A model generated the notes under the pieces. It made no database searches. It saw nothing but the letters and a program-made list of their open reading frames with translations, and had not been told where the DNA came from. Positions 28,915-39,477 of a stretch of DNA of 64,000 nucleotides are shown here, one piece after another. The stretch comes from Salinispira sp. (GTDB lineage Bacteria; Spirochaetota; Spirochaetia; DSM-27196; Salinispiraceae), in assembly GCA_965602015.1 (NCBI GenBank), contig OZ271918.1, positions 2,752,001 to 2,816,000 on the forward strand, in the 5' to 3' direction. Positions within the stretch are counted from its first letter, which is position 1. Each line of letters opens with the position of its first letter. The position numbers were made by a program, and so were the translations under genes.

Positions 28915-29158
28915 AACTTGCCCCCTTTGCGAATTCATCGGGAATCGAGTCTTCGTCGGCATAAACCGTAATGGCGCCGGGTTCGGGGCAGACGTAATAG
29001 CAGATGCCGCAGGCGGTGCACTTGTCGCTGCGGAAAATCGTCGCCTGATACCCGAGCTTGTTAATGGTAGACCCGATGGTCAGGCAGTTATTGGGACAAT
29101 AATGAACGCAGAGCCGGCAGCCCTTGCATTCATCAGGTTCGACATACACGTAGTTCAT
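28907..29158 (-). CDS. 2[4Fe-4S] ferredoxin-type delta subunit
   Basis: Two CxxCxxCxxxCP motifs. Confidence 0.9.
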   Translation of the reverse strand: MNYVYVEPDECKGCRLCVHYCPNNCLTIGSTINKLGYQATIFRSDKCTACGICYYVCPEPGAITVYADEDSIPDEFAKGASYA

Positions 29159-29184
29159 GTTTCCTCCTGAGGATGAGATGGTCG

Positions 29185-29727
29185 TTAAATTCCGCCGAAA
29201 ATATCTTCCTGACCGGTGCCGAAGTAATTGATGTCGCTTAACTCCTGGAGAACGGGCATGGGAATTTCTTCGACGATCAGTTCGTGATGAGGACAGCTGA
29301 TGCGCGGGCAGATGATGATTTTATTTTTTTTACCCGGCAGAAAGAGCACAATTTGCTCGTCGCAGCGGCATTCCGAATCGATGTCGGCGCATCCCTCGGC
29401 AATGTTCAGGTGAACATCGCAGTAAGGGCAGTAGGCATCCACTTTCGCATCGGGATCGAGCCCGTGCCCCATGAAGGTGAAGAGATTGGCATGGCTTCCC
29501 CAAATGGAGTCGAGAAACACATATCCGGGCTGGTCATCAATGCGGATTTTTAACTTGATGGAGGGCTCATCGTGAATTCTTACGCTGTCCACCAGCAGGT
29601 TATGTCCATTGGGACAAAACAGGGACTCCACCAGCAGGACTTCGACGTCCTGTTTCCATAACAAACGCATTCCCTTGGGAATGTTCTGTTTAAAGCTATC
29701 AGGTATGGCTTTGGTACGTAGTTCCAT
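29185..29727 (-). CDS. Cys-rich hypothetical protein heading the vor operon
   Basis: 'CPNGH', 'CPYC', 'CRC', 'CPRISCPHH'. Confidence 0.65.
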   Translation of the reverse strand: MELRTKAIPDSFKQNIPKGMRLLWKQDVEVLLVESLFCPNGHNLLVDSVRIHDEPSIKLKIRIDDQPGYVFLDSIWGSHANLFTFMGHGLDPDAKVDAYCPYCDVHLNIAEGCADIDSECRCDEQIVLFLPGKKNKIIICPRISCPHHELIVEEIPMPVLQELSDINYFGTGQEDIFGGI

Positions 29728-29886
29728 AAAGTCTCCCCGAGGGGTATCTGGCAGCCGGCGGTCCGCAGGACCGGTTCGTCGGTACCCGGCGTATCACCCC
29801 TCTGATAGCAATTGTAACCCCGCTTTACTCAGGGCGCCAGAAAATATTTAATATATTGAACACGACCTCATTTCGAAACTGAACTC

Positions 29887-30762
29887 CTATTTGATCCCAT
29901 ATGCTCCTATGCGGTGAAAAATAATCAGCGCCGCGAAGATGTCGATGACAAGGATGGATGGGATGATGATGATGGCCGGCATGATTTCCACAGCGTTTAT
30001 GCCCATTGCAATGAGTTTCGCAGTCAGGGCCGTCATGAGGTAAACCAAAAACACCAGGTAGATTGCCGATCCCAGTACTCCAAGGACACGCCCCTTGAGC
30101 AGCATGCAGCCGCAGATGATCGACAGGGGCAGGAAAAACGCCAAATCAAGCCCCTGTACAATAAGCGTGGTGTAATGGTCCAGCCCGGACGGATAGAGAC
30201 TGCCGTCAATTAGCGGCGGAACCACTTCCATGAGCCAGAGCGAGGCGATGATCGCGCCGTTTATAATGAGAAAAATTCCGGGAAAACGGAATCCCAGGTC
30301 CGCCCCGGGCTCAAGCCCGGTCATCAGTATCTGGGAAGCGATAATCTGCCGCATTAGCAAAACAAGCGAAGCGCCTGCAAGGAATGCATAAACTAGAAAA
30401 AGTGCGTTGTAGGTCCCCATGCAGAGGTACATGGTGTAGCTGACAAAAAAATACCCCAGTGTTCCACCGGCAAATAGCCTTCGTCGCAAAGTAATGTTAC
30501 TGAGACGCAAAGCGGCAATTATCAGCGCCGGTACAGCCAAAAACAGGGTAATGTAATCCTGAGCGATTCCCTGTATGGCGACATCGGCGGACATGTGCCG
30601 GTACAGCCCGGTTCCGTAGATTAGGATCTGCTCTCCGCGCACGCTCTCATGGTAGAAATTACCCGGTCCGCCTACTGAAAATATTCCGACTGCAGCGGCA
30701 TATGCGGCAACAATGGCGATGATGAGCATGAGAATCCTCGTGCTGCGTTCTGTGTGGTTCAT
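29887..30762 (-). CDS. Polytopic membrane protein of unknown function
   Basis: About 8 hydrophobic segments; co-oriented downstream of a TetR gene. Confidence 0.7.
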   Translation of the reverse strand: MNHTERSTRILMLIIAIVAAYAAAVGIFSVGGPGNFYHESVRGEQILIYGTGLYRHMSADVAIQGIAQDYITLFLAVPALIIAALRLSNITLRRRLFAGGTLGYFFVSYTMYLCMGTYNALFLVYAFLAGASLVLLMRQIIASQILMTGLEPGADLGFRFPGIFLIINGAIIASLWLMEVVPPLIDGSLYPSGLDHYTTLIVQGLDLAFFLPLSIICGCMLLKGRVLGVLGSAIYLVFLVYLMTALTAKLIAMGINAVEIMPAIIIIPSILVIDIFAALIIFHRIGAYGIK

Positions 30763-30818
30763 AAAATCTCCCGTTTATCATTTGATGTATATAGATCCGC
30801 CAGACAGCGCCCGGGCGA

Positions 30819-31433
30819 TTAGCCGCCGTTTTGCGCCTGACGGGTAAACGAAGCAAATATGCTGCTGCAGCAACGGGAAATCCGGTCGATGTTTTCCTGG
30901 TCCAGACGCCCAGTGCTTCTTCCCGCGCTTATGAACACCAGTTCTCCGTGCATGTAGCAGTGAAGAATGTGGGCCAGCCGGTTGATATCCGACTCGTTCT
31001 TCATTGGTCCGGGCATCCAGCGCCGTATCCAATTGGAGAACACCACTGAGGCCCGCTGTAACTCAAGGGCGGTGGACTCCGGTGCATCCCCCATCAACGG
31101 ATCCAGCCATACAAGGCGGTACCGGTGCGGGTATCTGCCGGCATACTGAAGATAGGTATCAAAAAGGTTTCCCCGCTCTGAGGGGCCGGGGATGCGCCGG
31201 TAGTCGATTTCTCCGGAGCTTCGGGGTAGATCATCCAGTAAACCGGCGAGGGCGCTGCTTATGGCATGCCAGCGCAGCTCATCCCAACTGGAAAAATAAT
31301 TGTACATATTGGTATGGGCGCAGCCGACCCTTCGGGCAAGCTTCCTCAAATTGAGGTCCTTGTACTCTACCCCTGCGTCGATCATTTCCATATAGCTTTG
31401 AATGAGACTGTGTTTGCTGATTTTCAACGCCAC
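30819..31433 (-). CDS. TetR/AcrR family regulator
   Basis: HTH 'LNLRKLARRVGCAHTNMYNYF'; C-terminal 'MHG'. Confidence 0.85.
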   Translation of the reverse strand: MALKISKHSLIQSYMEMIDAGVEYKDLNLRKLARRVGCAHTNMYNYFSSWDELRWHAISSALAGLLDDLPRSSGEIDYRRIPGPSERGNLFDTYLQYAGRYPHRYRLVWLDPLMGDAPESTALELQRASVVFSNWIRRWMPGPMKNESDINRLAHILHCYMHGELVFISAGRSTGRLDQENIDRISRCCSSIFASFTRQAQNGG

Positions 31434-31471
31434 TCCCCTCGGTATTCCCCTGCAGACAGCAGAATGTTTTA

Positions 31472-31486
31472 ATTACCAGTGGTAAT
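31472..31486. promoter_or_regulatory. Palindromic putative TetR operator
   Basis: ATTACCAGTGGTAAT, a perfect 7-1-7 palindrome ~40 bp upstream of the tetR start. Confidence 0.6.
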
Positions 31487-31646
31487 CTACCAATATGAAT
31501 AGTACCCGGTCAATACCACAAGGGGCAGACCGAACTTTCGAAGGCCCTCAAATTATGTGACACTTTTTATTTGCTGAGTTGTTGAATTCACCAAATGCGG
31601 CACTATACTTTGTTGCATACCATATGTAATGGATCGGGAGGTCCCC

Positions 31647-32615
31647 ATGAAAAAGATCAAATCAACAGCGGCCATCGCGCTGATTATGCTCGCCCTTTTG
31701 GGAATTAGCGGCTGCGACTGGCTTGTCGGCTCGTTAGTCGGCGGCAACGCAGTAAATGTATTCGCAGAGGGCAGTACTGCGGAATTCTGGAAATCCGGAT
31801 TCACCAGCGAATCCCTTGAAGGCGCCGTAATTACCCTGACCAACATCGACGACCCGTCGTTCAGCACAACCACATCTGTTGACTCCGAGGGCTATTTCTC
31901 GGTCGGCGGCCTGGAAGCCGGACGATATCGGGTGACCGGAAGTAAAAACGAATGGGTTTTTGTCCCCCGTGAAGTGTTTATCGGCGGAACATTCGCTACT
32001 ATCCCCGACATGTATGCCTACCCGGCAAGCCAGGCCGGTGACGTAAACGTCATTCTTTCCTGGACCGAGAAGAGCTACGACCTCGACCTTCTTGCCACTG
32101 TCGGCGGTGTTGATCGGGTTGCAACCGGTGCTACCCTGGTGGGAACCCCAGCCGGTCGAAGCAATCCCACTCCGGTCGAAAACTATGTGGGCAACGGCAT
32201 AACCTTGGAGCTCGAACGGGATGTCCAGATTACAACTGCCTCAGATGTACCCCGGGTCGAAGCGATGAAGCTTAAGTCTCAGAGTACGGTGGGCTTCCCT
32301 GCAGCACCACTGGAAATCCGCTTTTATGCCGACTATTTCAACAGCGGAACCCCGGGTTCCACAAGCGGACAGAATGGCGATGATTCTCTCACCGGTCTTC
32401 TTGACGGCAGTCCCGGCGAACACGAGCCGGCATATGCGCAGATGCACGTAATGTTCGGCGATGAATGGTTCGGAACATGGACCATACCCATCAACAGTTT
32501 CGAGGAAACGCTTCACATTTTGAATATCGATGTTGTCGACAATGCTGGACCAGACAACATCACCGTTTCGTCAGCGGGCAACTACGGAGACGACATCTAC
32601 CGCTCCATCCGCTAA
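31647..32615 (+). CDS. Lipoprotein with a carboxypeptidase-regulatory-like beta-sandwich
   Basis: Lipobox 'ISGC'; 'LEGAVITL...DSEGYFSVGGLEAGRYRVT'; GGAGG RBS. Confidence 0.7.
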   Translation: MKKIKSTAAIALIMLALLGISGCDWLVGSLVGGNAVNVFAEGSTAEFWKSGFTSESLEGAVITLTNIDDPSFSTTTSVDSEGYFSVGGLEAGRYRVTGSKNEWVFVPREVFIGGTFATIPDMYAYPASQAGDVNVILSWTEKSYDLDLLATVGGVDRVATGATLVGTPAGRSNPTPVENYVGNGITLELERDVQITTASDVPRVEAMKLKSQSTVGFPAAPLEIRFYADYFNSGTPGSTSGQNGDDSLTGLLDGSPGEHEPAYAQMHVMFGDEWFGTWTIPINSFEETLHILNIDVVDNAGPDNITVSSAGNYGDDIYRSIR

Positions 32616-32646
32616 TCTGCGCAGCGGCACAAACTTGGAATCAATA

Positions 32647-32679
32647 CGGCGGCGGGGATTTTCCTGCCGCCGTTTTTTT
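32647..32679 (+). terminator. Rho-independent terminator
   Basis: CGGCGGCGGG/CCTGCCGCCG stem followed by a T7 run. Confidence 0.8.
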
Positions 32680-32728
32680 ATGCGCTAAATTTTCATGCCG
32701 GTCAGATGTGATGAATATCTGCTTTCAA

Positions 32729-34066
32729 TTAAAATGTCCAGCTGTGATCTGAAATGAGCCTGTCCCGGGCTTCTATTGCTGCAGCTGATAGGGGATTACC
32801 CGCGGGGGCGGTTATTGGCACATTGTTTTGCACAGCCTGGGATTCCCAGCCGATGACCGTTGCGGACCAATTCTGCTCGTTCATACCATAGTTAAAAGAG
32901 AACATGCCATCCATCGTTGTAACGCTCGTCACATCCCAAGTTCCGATATTGCGGTTAAACATATGCTGCTGAGTACCTGCCACGCCCATCCCTGCGAACA
33001 TATTCTCCATCGTAAGGACATTGGCTGTATTCCACCCCCCTATGTCCCGGTTAAAAATCAATGCATTCTGGAACATCCCCCACATGCTTTCCACCGATGA
33101 TGTGTCCCAGTCACTGAGATCTCCGTTAAAAGCAAATGTGTTCCGGAAGGTACCTGCCATGGTGCTGACCGAACTAACATCCCAGGCATTTAAGCTGTTC
33201 GTGTTGAGCAGGACCGCATCCCGGAATGTTCGAAAAAGAGAAGTTATTGTGCTGGTATCCCAGGTTTCCAAACCGTTCGGGTTCGTTAGCGCCCTGGCAT
33301 TGTTGAAGGCGTTTGCAAGGCTTGTTGTATTGGACAGATCCGGGGAGTCGGAAGCGCTAATCACCATGTTTTGCGCCCCGTGAAACTGGCCGCTCGTATC
33401 GCCGAAGCTCAACGCACCCCATTGGCGGACCTCCAAAAGCTTTTGAGCATCACCGCCATTATTAAAACTCCAACCCTCTATAAGCCCGAATATTTCGACT
33501 TCGTAATCCCCCGGGGCCGCATAGGTATGAGTGACCTCATCCTGATTCCAGACTGAAATGATATCGCTGTTGCCATCGCCCCAATCGATGGTGAAATCGT
33601 ATACTCCGTTCGGCACAAGCGGAAGAGTAATCTGATTATCATCGCTTGTCCCGGAGTTGTCCGTTTGCCAGTGGGTAATGAAGGACCCGAGGGGGGTAAG
33701 GGTAATAGTCGCCGAGGGAGACTCGCCCCCGGCATTCCAGGCGACCACGCTGTAGCTGGTTTCGACGCGGCTTTCACCGCTGAAGTTAAGCGTCTCTGAG
33801 GTTATGGAAAAAATATCGGCGTCGGTGGCACCTTCGGGAATACCATCGGGTTGACCTTCATAAATTCGGAACCCCGAAATGTCCCCACCAGACCAGGACC
33901 AGGAAAGGGTGAACGCGTTATCACCGGTAAGGTCAGCACGTAATCCGATTGGGCCGATATCCGGTGCAAGTTCCGCCGGATCACCGGTCCCGCCACCGAG
34001 CAGATTACAACTCAAGGCGGTTATCAGCAACAAAGCAAAAAGCACAACAGTGAATATATTTTTCAT
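32729..34066 (-). CDS. BspA/DUF285 repeat surface lipoprotein with FN3/PKD-like domains
   Basis: Lipobox 'ALSC'; 'IDWGDG'; repeats of 'FN.D(I/L)..W(D/N)TS.V..M..MF'. Confidence 0.85.
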   Translation of the reverse strand: MKNIFTVVLFALLLITALSCNLLGGGTGDPAELAPDIGPIGLRADLTGDNAFTLSWSWSGGDISGFRIYEGQPDGIPEGATDADIFSITSETLNFSGESRVETSYSVVAWNAGGESPSATITLTPLGSFITHWQTDNSGTSDDNQITLPLVPNGVYDFTIDWGDGNSDIISVWNQDEVTHTYAAPGDYEVEIFGLIEGWSFNNGGDAQKLLEVRQWGALSFGDTSGQFHGAQNMVISASDSPDLSNTTSLANAFNNARALTNPNGLETWDTSTITSLFRTFRDAVLLNTNSLNAWDVSSVSTMAGTFRNTFAFNGDLSDWDTSSVESMWGMFQNALIFNRDIGGWNTANVLTMENMFAGMGVAGTQQHMFNRNIGTWDVTSVTTMDGMFSFNYGMNEQNWSATVIGWESQAVQNNVPITAPAGNPLSAAAIEARDRLISDHSWTF

Positions 34067-34142
34067 ATTTATCTCCGCTCACAGAATAAGGAATCTTTAG
34101 CAGGGTCGCAAATTTAGAGCAAGATTTGCTGCTTAGAATTTT

Positions 34143-35555
34143 CTAGTCGTCAGACAGATCGGCAATCCGGGCGGGAAACTCGATGGTGCATGCCATGCCC
34201 TTCCCGGGCTGCGGGTCAATGACAACCTTCCCCTGCATCAGGTGGTGGACGAGATTGTAGAGTTCGGACATGCCGAGGCCAAGCCGGCCGCGGGACCGGG
34301 CGGTGGTAAAAAACGGTTCGAAGATGCGCCGGCGTTCCTCGTCGTTCAAGCCTTTGCCGTCATCCCGATAGTGCAATCGGATGAGGCCTCGATCTTCCTC
34401 TGCGGAAATATGTATCGTCCCGCCTTCATCCTCGGGGAAGGCGTGCTGAAGGCTGTTCATGACGAGAATGGTAACTATCTGAACCGTGCTCGCCTGATAC
34501 CCGTGAACCGGTATTTTGGCGGGGAATGTGGTTTCGCATCGGATATTCCGCCCGTGCAGCCTGGACGTAAAGGTAATCATCAAATTCGAAATGAGCTCGC
34601 CCAGGTCAAAATCGATGAGCTTCTGCCCGTCGGGGTTTGATGAAAGCAGCTTGAATGCGTCGATGAGCTTGGCTGCGCGGTGCAGATTTGAAATGGTTAG
34701 TTCCAGGGTGTGGCTGCTGTTTTCCACGAACTGAACAAAGCTGCTGCGGCTGAGCATACCAGAGTTGTAGCGCTCATCGAGCTGTTCGAGCAAATTCCGC
34801 ATATGAGAAATCGCGGTAATGCTCGATCCGACAGGCGTATTTATTTCGTGGGCCACTCCCGCAACCAAAGATCCAAGGGAAGCCATTTTTTTCTGCTCCA
34901 CCAGCTGTTCCTGCATCTGATGCAGTTGGGTAATTTTCTCCGACAGCTCGGCGTTTGTCCGGTATAGCTCGGCAGTGCGTTCCTCTACGAGTTTTTCCAG
35001 TTCGTAACTCTGCGAGCTGACAGCCTGATGCAGCCGGGCATTGGATATGGCAATCGCCGCCTGACTTGCAAGCATGCGGACCAATGCCAACTCGTCCTCG
35101 CCGAACTCACCGGGAAGATCCCGGGCAATGTTCATGACGCCGATGACCCGCTGCCGGACTATCAGCGGAACCCCGATTATCGAACCGGTCCATGCCTTCG
35201 GCGCATCGCTGAACAGCGGATGGGTGGTCATATCCTCTACGGCAATCATTTCCCCGGTCTTTCGGACGGTGTTGGTGAGCCCCCCTTCCCGGGGCTGGGC
35301 GAAGGCTTCCCTGGCGGTGCCGTTTCGGTCGTAGGTGGCACCGAACTTGAGACCGCCGGCATCAACCAGGAATATATTTACATCGCTTACATCGGATATA
35401 AGACTAACCGCTTCGGCGGCCACCAACTCAAGAACCTCTGTCAGATCCAGATGGGCGGTGAGCGTGTTGGCGATTTTTTTGAATGCGCCGAGTTCGACGT
35501 CCTTCCGCTCAATGGCGGCTTGAAGCATCTGAAGGCGTTTGTCTACCGGTTCCAC
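34143..35555 (-). CDS. GAF-domain sensor histidine kinase
   Basis: GAF domain, coiled coil, H-box 'GVAHEINTP', 'DDGKG', 'FEPFFTT', 'GLGLG'. Confidence 0.9.
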   Translation of the reverse strand: MEPVDKRLQMLQAAIERKDVELGAFKKIANTLTAHLDLTEVLELVAAEAVSLISDVSDVNIFLVDAGGLKFGATYDRNGTAREAFAQPREGGLTNTVRKTGEMIAVEDMTTHPLFSDAPKAWTGSIIGVPLIVRQRVIGVMNIARDLPGEFGEDELALVRMLASQAAIAISNARLHQAVSSQSYELEKLVEERTAELYRTNAELSEKITQLHQMQEQLVEQKKMASLGSLVAGVAHEINTPVGSSITAISHMRNLLEQLDERYNSGMLSRSSFVQFVENSSHTLELTISNLHRAAKLIDAFKLLSSNPDGQKLIDFDLGELISNLMITFTSRLHGRNIRCETTFPAKIPVHGYQASTVQIVTILVMNSLQHAFPEDEGGTIHISAEEDRGLIRLHYRDDGKGLNDEERRRIFEPFFTTARSRGRLGLGMSELYNLVHHLMQGKVVIDPQPGKGMACTIEFPARIADLSDD

Positions 35556-35617
35556 ATACTTAAGTGTACTAGCGCGTTCCGCGCTTTTCCAGCGCGACGG
35601 TGCTGACTGTGCTCCCT

Positions 35618-38464
35618 CTATTCCTGGGAAAAAAACAGGCTGAATGAGAACGGGGACTCTGGTCTGTTGTAGAGATAGCGCAGTTCGGCGTATAACAAAA
35701 GCTCAATCATGGCAAGAATTCCAATATTAGCAAAAAACCGCTGGGTCGGCCGGAAGAATGTACTGTGCAGGAGCTCTCCGCCGGCATATGAAACCCGCTG
35801 ACCGAAGGCGGCTTCGATTTCACTGAGGTAGATCAGCTGCAAAAACCGCAGGTTCATGGGTATTGTGGGAGAAATCTGGAGCTCCGCCAGTCCGTACAAG
35901 CGATCAGAAGCTGCATCTTCGTAGCCCGGGTGGCCGATAAGCCCGCCGACCGCCAGGGGCAGTCCCCCGGCGAGGGTCAATCCCCCGGGCCCTACTGCGC
36001 TCTCGGGTCCAAGGGCCGATGAGCCAAACAAGCGCATGCGGATGCTCGCGGGAGCAAGGTATCCGTCGAATCGCAGACCGGCGAAACCGCCTGCGAAACC
36101 GGGTCTCCGGTTCGTAAACTGCAGGGAGCTGCTGCCTTCCAGCGCTATGCCTTCGGGACCCCGGGGGTCCAGGGAATTATCCCGCACCGCGGAATATCCG
36201 AGACGTAGGGACAATGGAAACAGGACGCTCTGCAGGGGCCAGCGGTAGACCCCGGCTCCGTCACCATTGTCGAAGTAATACAGTTCTCCTCCGCCTCCGA
36301 CGGCGCCGTAGAATTGCTTCCAGACCGGGAAGAGCGGAAGGTTGCGGCTCGCCGACGCCCGCAGGGACAGGTTTCTCACAACATCGAGACTTTCGACGCC
36401 GTCGAAGAATAAAAGCCGGTCGGAGGCCCCGAGGGTAACCGCGGTCGGGAGGGTATTAATTCCAAAATCGACGGACCACTGGGCGAATGGCCGGTCAAAT
36501 CGATATGAAGCTGAAGTTGATAGACTATAGGAGCCGCCGGGATCTTCACTGATGAAGCCCAGCCCGGCGCTTATCAGGGGATTTCCGCCGTTGAGCACCG
36601 AGCCGACGTCAAGCTGGACGAGGGGATAGCGGAGTTGGGGAAGCAATAGCCAGGGCAGAATGCGGTAATCGCTTTCGGCAACGAAGTCGGGAGTGACGAG
36701 GATAGGAGAAGCATCCCTTCGGCCGGGAAAGACATCATCCACGGCTTCCCAGCGGAGGTCATCTGACCAGAACATCTCGAGACTCGTTTCGTCGGGAAGG
36801 ATCATAAGCTGGGGCCCACGGCTGAAATACGCGACATATGCCGCGGTCTCGCCGAAGGATGCCGGGAATTGCACCCCCCCACTGAGTATTTCCCTTTGCA
36901 GCCCTAGACCAGCATCCGGCGAAAAACGGCCGAGCTTGCTGAGGGTCAGGTCATCATCATAGGTAAAAAGAAGTTCCCGGCGGACCCGGTCAACCGTCAG
37001 ATTGCGGACAGTGGTCAAGGGTGAAGAGCTGACGAGTATCCGGACGTCTGCCTGTGAGTCATGGTTCACAGACCGGCGGGCCAAAAAGTTGTCTCCGTCG
37101 ATTTGGAGGATAAAATACACTTGGTCACCGAGCTGAACCGGCTGGGAGGGAGCAATTCCGTAACTTCCGTCAAATACCAGCTCTATCTCGCCGCTGTCAT
37201 TCACATACACGACATCCCCGCTGTAGCCGTCCAGGCGGACCGCGAAGATACCTCGAGAGTCTTCAGCCCAGCTGGCCTCGGCGAGGGCGACTCCCATCGG
37301 AAGCTCGGTCGGAAAATCCCGGCTATAGCCTCCCTTTGTCAGGTCGAACAGCCGTAATTCGGCGGCGAATTGGCCTTCGGAATCCAGACGAAATCCGCTT
37401 AACAACAGGCGCTGACCGTCAGCCGACAGCGAGAGGCTATTGACCAGGGAATCCGATGGTCCAAGTCGGGTAATAACCGGATCTCCAGCTGCGTCCTTCA
37501 AACTCACCTGATACAAACCGCTGTTGTCGTTAATGAACAGCTGCCTGTCGCCTGCGGCAATAGCGCTGAGCCTCCTGTAGCGGTCTTCAAGATTGGCGGA
37601 ATAGTCTATGACCTCCCGGTCTATGGCCATCCATTGGATGAACTCATCCCACACCACCTGAATGTTCTCTCCGAAGGCCCGGGTGAACGCCCCGGGGAAA
37701 AACACGCCGTCCTGGTAGAGCTGTCCCCTGCCCAGCTCCGCCCAAAACTCTGCATAGGCCTCATGACCGTAGCGTTCCTGGACAAAGCGGGAAAACCAGC
37801 CGCCGTATATGTACCATGCACCGGAGGGGTAGGCTCCGCGGATGCCGTTGCTCTCCATGACGGACATGGGCCGGCCCTCCAAAATATCCTGCTGAATCAC
37901 CGCCGCATAGGGGGTGTCAGCGGCCCGGCCGTAGCCGTCGGCGCTCTCCCGGGCCACCGTTACCCCCTCGATAAAAAACGGCGGAGCCGCAAAAAAGGCC
38001 GGCGAAACAATGTCGCCGATCAGCACTCTGGCAGCGGAGTACAGGGGTCCGGCAATTGTCAGGGATACCGCATGGGTTAACTCGTGGAGAAAGAGCTTTC
38101 CCAGCACATCGTTGTAGCGGGCGAAACCCATGCCCGGCGACAGGTATGCCTGAAATATGCGGATGCGCATGGACGGATACACGGTAAACGAGCCGTTTAA
38201 AAGATCGGTGTCAGGGGTTATGACCACCGGAAAGCGGCGGAACCAGGTGGTGGTCCCCAACTCTGCGGCGACGTCCCGGTACATATCGTCGGCGATGGAA
38301 GCCAGATAGCGGGCCTCGGGAGCCGACTGTTCGGGGTAGATAATGACGAAGTGATCGGTCTCTATCTGCATCATTGTGTGATTTTCGCTGAACAGGTCGG
38401 CCGCCGCCGGCCGGAGAGGAATAAAAAGAGCGACAGCTGCAAGAAACAGAATGGAAGTTCTCAT
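35618..38464 (-). CDS. Large exported protein: HEXXH zincin-like domain, probable beta-propeller and beta-rich C-terminus
   Basis: Signal peptide; 'FLHELTH...FFIEGVTV'; aromatic-rich alternating C-terminal strands. Confidence 0.6.
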   Translation of the reverse strand: MRTSILFLAAVALFIPLRPAAADLFSENHTMMQIETDHFVIIYPEQSAPEARYLASIADDMYRDVAAELGTTTWFRRFPVVITPDTDLLNGSFTVYPSMRIRIFQAYLSPGMGFARYNDVLGKLFLHELTHAVSLTIAGPLYSAARVLIGDIVSPAFFAAPPFFIEGVTVARESADGYGRAADTPYAAVIQQDILEGRPMSVMESNGIRGAYPSGAWYIYGGWFSRFVQERYGHEAYAEFWAELGRGQLYQDGVFFPGAFTRAFGENIQVVWDEFIQWMAIDREVIDYSANLEDRYRRLSAIAAGDRQLFINDNSGLYQVSLKDAAGDPVITRLGPSDSLVNSLSLSADGQRLLLSGFRLDSEGQFAAELRLFDLTKGGYSRDFPTELPMGVALAEASWAEDSRGIFAVRLDGYSGDVVYVNDSGEIELVFDGSYGIAPSQPVQLGDQVYFILQIDGDNFLARRSVNHDSQADVRILVSSSPLTTVRNLTVDRVRRELLFTYDDDLTLSKLGRFSPDAGLGLQREILSGGVQFPASFGETAAYVAYFSRGPQLMILPDETSLEMFWSDDLRWEAVDDVFPGRRDASPILVTPDFVAESDYRILPWLLLPQLRYPLVQLDVGSVLNGGNPLISAGLGFISEDPGGSYSLSTSASYRFDRPFAQWSVDFGINTLPTAVTLGASDRLLFFDGVESLDVVRNLSLRASASRNLPLFPVWKQFYGAVGGGGELYYFDNGDGAGVYRWPLQSVLFPLSLRLGYSAVRDNSLDPRGPEGIALEGSSSLQFTNRRPGFAGGFAGLRFDGYLAPASIRMRLFGSSALGPESAVGPGGLTLAGGLPLAVGGLIGHPGYEDAASDRLYGLAELQISPTIPMNLRFLQLIYLSEIEAAFGQRVSYAGGELLHSTFFRPTQRFFANIGILAMIELLLYAELRYLYNRPESPFSFSLFFSQE

Positions 38465-39477
38465 AAAAAGCTCCTTAAAACGTCCTCGGCTGCGTCATAA
38501 TCATGGGTCTGCATTATCCGGTCCCGCAGCTCGTCGGCTCCTTCAAAGTGCATGAGGTAAATCTTGAAGAATTTCTTCATCACCTCAAAATTCCGCCGGC
38601 TGTGGTAAACCCTGCGGTACTCCAGTAAATGCTCAATGGCCCACTGCACCTGCTCTGCGGGGAGAAGCTGATGAAATTCGGTTCCGGCAAAAATGAACGG
38701 GTTTGAGAAGATCCCCCGCCCGACCATGACCCCATCCACCCCGTAGCGCGAGGGATACTCAGACAACTGATCAGGGCGGACCACATCCCCGTTTCCGAAG
38801 ATAAGGCTGCGGGGATTGATCTGGTTGCGGACCCTGACCGCACGGGCAATTTCATTCCAGTCCGCCTCTCCCTCGGATTGCTGGGCGGCGGTTCGCCCGT
38901 GAACCGTCAGGAGCGGGATATTCTGTTCCAGCAAAAAACCGCACCAGCTCTCGGTCTGCACCCGGGAAAACCCGATGCGGGTTTTTACGCTCACCGGCAT
39001 GGGCCCGCCGCTCTGCATCCTGCCCGGAGGGCCTTCATGAGCGTCGCCCCGTTCCCGATAGGCGGCCTCGGTTCCTTCCCGGGCGGCGGCTATGAGCTCG
39101 GCGGCCAGAGCCGGGTTCTGAATCAGGGCGGAGCACGCGCCTTTGGCTGTTATTTTTTTCTGCGGACATCCCATGTTGATATCAATGCCGTCAAATCCCC
39201 GGCGGTGCAATTCGACGGCGGCATCGAAATAATTTTGCGGATCATTACCCCAGATCTGGGCCACCATGGGGCGATGGTTTTCCCGAAACTCCAGGCGCCG
39301 GAGGGCTTCCCGGTCGTTGCGCTTCATAGCCCCTGTTGCGACGAACTCGCTGACGAAGACCTGCGGCCTGCCCGCCCGGTGAACAACATCTCGGAATACC
39401 ACATCGGTCACGTCCTCCATGGGAGCCAGCACGGTTACCGGACGCCGCAGAGCATGCCAAAACGAATGCTCAAACAC
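38461..39477 (-). CDS. tRNA-dihydrouridine synthase family protein
   Basis: 'LAPMEDVTD', 'DINMGCP', 'SVKTRIG', 'TVHGRT', 'GNGD', 'VMVGRG'. Start set at GTG 39477 behind a GGAGG RBS. Confidence 0.9.
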   Translation of the reverse strand: MFEHSFWHALRRPVTVLAPMEDVTDVVFRDVVHRAGRPQVFVSEFVATGAMKRNDREALRRLEFRENHRPMVAQIWGNDPQNYFDAAVELHRRGFDGIDINMGCPQKKITAKGACSALIQNPALAAELIAAAREGTEAAYRERGDAHEGPPGRMQSGGPMPVSVKTRIGFSRVQTESWCGFLLEQNIPLLTVHGRTAAQQSEGEADWNEIARAVRVRNQINPRSLIFGNGDVVRPDQLSEYPSRYGVDGVMVGRGIFSNPFIFAGTEFHQLLPAEQVQWAIEHLLEYRRVYHSRRNFEVMKKFFKIYLMHFEGADELRDRIMQTHDYDAAEDVLRSFL

